64,000 bases of DNA from Halorussus marinus (GTDB lineage: Archaea; Halobacteriota; Halobacteria; Halobacteriales; Haladaptataceae), in contig NZ_SBIV01000008.1 of NCBI RefSeq assembly GCF_004765795.1, positions 62,001-126,000 on the forward strand, read 5' to 3'. The position numbers were made by a program, and so were the translations under genes. The notes under the pieces were generated by a model. The model saw only the letters and a list, made by a program, of their open reading frames with translations, was not told the DNA's origin and did not search any database. This document shows, one piece after another, positions 61,886 to 64,000 of the stretch. The stretch's first letter is position 1; each line of letters starts with the position of its first letter.

Positions 61886-64000
61886 TCACCGCCGGTCGTC
61901 GAGCCGACGGGCGGCGTCTTCGGCCTCCCGCATGAACCGCTGTTGGGCCGCGCCGGTCGACGCGCCTTCCTCGGGGGTGACTCGCTCGTAGCTCCCGTCG
62001 GCGGCCATCTCCCATCGGTTCCGATCGTCCGAGAGCAACGCGTCGAGGAGCCGATCCAGTTCGGCCCGCAACGCCGGCGACTCGATCGGCGCCACCGCCT
62101 CGACTCGATTGTCGAGGTTCCGACTCATCCAGTCGGCCGACCCGAGGTAGTAGCCGGGGTCGTCGTTCGCGAAGCGCCAGACCCGCGAGTGTTCGAGGAA
62201 TCGCCCGACGACGCTGTAAACGTCGATGTTCTCGCTGACGCCCTCCACGCCCGGTCGGAGCCGGCAGATGTCTCTGACCACGAGGTCGACGTCGACGCCG
62301 GCCATCGACGCCTCGTACAGTTCGGCGACGAGTTCGGGGTCCTCGAGCCGGTTCATCTTCGCGACGATGCGGGCGTCCTCGCCCCGACGCGCACACTCGG
62401 CCTCGTTCCGGACGAGGTCGACGAACCGCTCGCGCATGTTGCCGGGCGCGACCAGCAGCTTGCGGTACTGCTCGTGGAGCGAGTGGCCGGTGAAGTAGTT
62501 GAACAGCTTCACGAGGTCCTGGCCCACGTCCCGATCGGCGGTCAGCAGTCCGAGGTCCTCGTAACGCTTTGCGGTCTCGGAGTGGTAGTTGCCCGTCCCG
62601 ACGTGCGAGTAGAGCCGGACCCGATCGCCCTCGTCGCGGACGACCAGCGACACCTTGGTGTGGGTCTTGTAGCCGATCGTCCCGTAGGCGACGTGGATGC
62701 CCTCGGATTCGAGCTTCTTCGCCCACTCCAGGTTGTTCTGCTCGTCGAACCGGGCCTTGAGTTCGACCATCACCGCGACCTGCTTGCCGTTGCGCGCGGC
62801 CTCGATGAGCGTCTCGATAATCCGCGAGTCGCTGGCGGTCCGGTAGATGGCGGCCTTGATCGCGAGCACGTCGGGGTCGCGAGCCGCGGATTCGAGGAAT
62901 CGCTGGACGGTGCCTCCGAACGAGTGGTACGGGTGGTGGACGAGCACGTCGTCGTCCCGGATCGTGGCGAAGATGTCGTCGCTGTCGGCCAGCCGCGGGT
63001 GGGGCTTTGGAGTCCACTCGGCGAGCTTGTGGTCCGGGTACTCGAGGTCGGTCAGCGACGCGAAGTCCCGGAAGTCGAGCGGGCCGGGCAGTTCGAACAC
63101 CTCCCGCTCGGTGAGCCCGAGCTGTTCGGTGAGCACCTCGCGGATCGCGGGATGGGCGTCGGACTCGATCTCCAGTCGGACCACGGTGGCGAATCGGCGC
63201 TCTTCGAGGACCTCCTCGATCATCTCGATGAGGTCCTCGGCGACCTCCCCGTCGCGGCCGACCTCCGCGTTCCGTGTCACCCGAAACAGCGAGTGGTCGA
63301 CGAGTTCGACGTTCGGGAACAGCAGTTCGAGGTTGTCGGCGATCACGTCTTCGAGCAGGACGAACCGGTCGTCGGCGTCGTCACCGACCGAAACGAGCCG
63401 CGAGCGGTTCTGGGGCACCTTCACCCGCGAGAAAGTCGGATCAGCGCCGGGGTCCTCGCGGGTCAGCACCGCGAGCGACAGGCTCAGGTTCGAGATGTGG
63501 GGAAACGGATGCGCGGGGTCGAACGTCAGCGGCGTCAGCGTCGGCAACACCGAGCTCTCGAAGTACGTCCGCAGGTCGGCCCGCTCGGCGTCGGTGAGAT
63601 CGTCGTACTCGAGGATCTCGACGCCGATCTCGGCGAGCGCGGGCCGGATCGCCTCGCGGTAGCACTCGGTCTGGCGCTCGAAGAGCGGCCGAGCCGTCTC
63701 CAAGACCTCGATCCACTGCTCGCGGGGCGTGCGGCCGTCGGGGGTGCGCTCTTCGACGCCCGCCGCGATCTGCTGTTTCAGCCCGCCGACCCGCTTGCGG
63801 AAGAACTCGTCGAGATTCGTGGTGACGATCGCGAGGAACTTGACCCGCTCTAGGAGGGGGTTGTCGTCGTCGAGGGCCTCCGCGAGGACGCGCCGCTGAA
63901 AGGCGAGCTCCGAGAGCTCGCGGTTGAGATAGAGGTCGGGGTCGGTCCGATCGAAGCAGTCGAGCGTCCCGTCGTCGGCCGGTGGTTCGGCGTCGCCGGC
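61886..64000 (-). CDS. ppk1: Polyphosphate kinase 1, 5' end outside the window
   Basis: The frame stays open to the window end (LYLNRELSELAFQRRVL...NLDEFF); motifs 'HPFPHISNLS', 'HHPYHSF', 'ELKARFDE', 'KTHTK', 'GRFLEHSR' and 'SADWMSRN'. Confidence 0.96.
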   Translation of the reverse strand, partial: AGDAEPPADDGTLDCFDRTDPDLYLNRELSELAFQRRVLAEALDDDNPLLERVKFLAIVTTNLDEFFRKRVGGLKQQIAAGVEERTPDGRTPREQWIEVLETARPLFERQTECYREAIRPALAEIGVEILEYDDLTDAERADLRTYFESSVLPTLTPLTFDPAHPFPHISNLSLSLAVLTREDPGADPTFSRVKVPQNRSRLVSVGDDADDRFVLLEDVIADNLELLFPNVELVDHSLFRVTRNAEVGRDGEVAEDLIEMIEEVLEERRFATVVRLEIESDAHPAIREVLTEQLGLTEREVFELPGPLDFRDFASLTDLEYPDHKLAEWTPKPHPRLADSDDIFATIRDDDVLVHHPYHSFGGTVQRFLESAARDPDVLAIKAAIYRTASDSRIIETLIEAARNGKQVAVMVELKARFDEQNNLEWAKKLESEGIHVAYGTIGYKTHTKVSLVVRDEGDRVRLYSHVGTGNYHSETAKRYEDLGLLTADRDVGQDLVKLFNYFTGHSLHEQYRKLLVAPGNMRERFVDLVRNEAECARRGEDARIVAKMNRLEDPELVAELYEASMAGVDVDLVVRDICRLRPGVEGVSENIDVYSVVGRFLEHSRVWRFANDDPGYYLGSADWMSRNLDNRVEAVAPIESPALRAELDRLLDALLSDDRNRWEMAADGSYERVTPEEGASTGAAQQRFMREAEDAARRLDDRR

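Noticed and set aside
61886..63703. ppk1 starting at 63703 as in the ORF track
   Set aside because: Conserved N-terminal PPK1 motifs (NRELS, NLDEFF) continue in frame to the window end, so the real start is outside the window.

Overview
High-GC chromosomal segment from a haloarchaeon (class Halobacteria), inferred from the acidic proteins, leaderless starts behind TATA-like boxes, PGF-CTERM and Tat-exported proteins, Bat-like HTH-10 regulators, and archaeal psmA/rnp2/rnp3. Main content: tRNA-Leu(CAA) followed by nested copies of its own 3' end; the rnp3-methyltransferase-rnp2-psmA region, apparently interrupted by a ~2.75 kb segment encoding a surface HExxH protein; a 7-gene Mrp/Mnh Na+/H+ antiporter operon; mutY, a ZIP transporter and tdk; a block of exported proteins including a putative P19/FetP-like plus atypical DyP/EfeB-like metal-uptake triad; a Bat-like sensor, Zn-ribbon microprotein and gdhB module with a long palindrome; a Tat-lipoprotein serpin; a DUF1611 plus dipeptide epimerase pair (DgcN/DgcA-like); an NhaC-family transporter; a complete exterior-facing respiratory nitrate reductase cluster with a NarO/DmsR-like regulator; a degenerate threonyl-tRNA synthetase paralog; and ppk1, cut by the window end. 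I found no CRISPR array, transposase, integrase or rRNA. The most unusual signals are the putative metal-uptake triad, the pseudo-ThrRS, a 12-bp direct-repeat scar whose removal restores a GTGA gene overlap, five micro-ORFs that bridge gene junctions, and a promoter motif shared by the two promoters flanking the nar regulator. All family assignments come from recognising motifs by eye; no database search was run.
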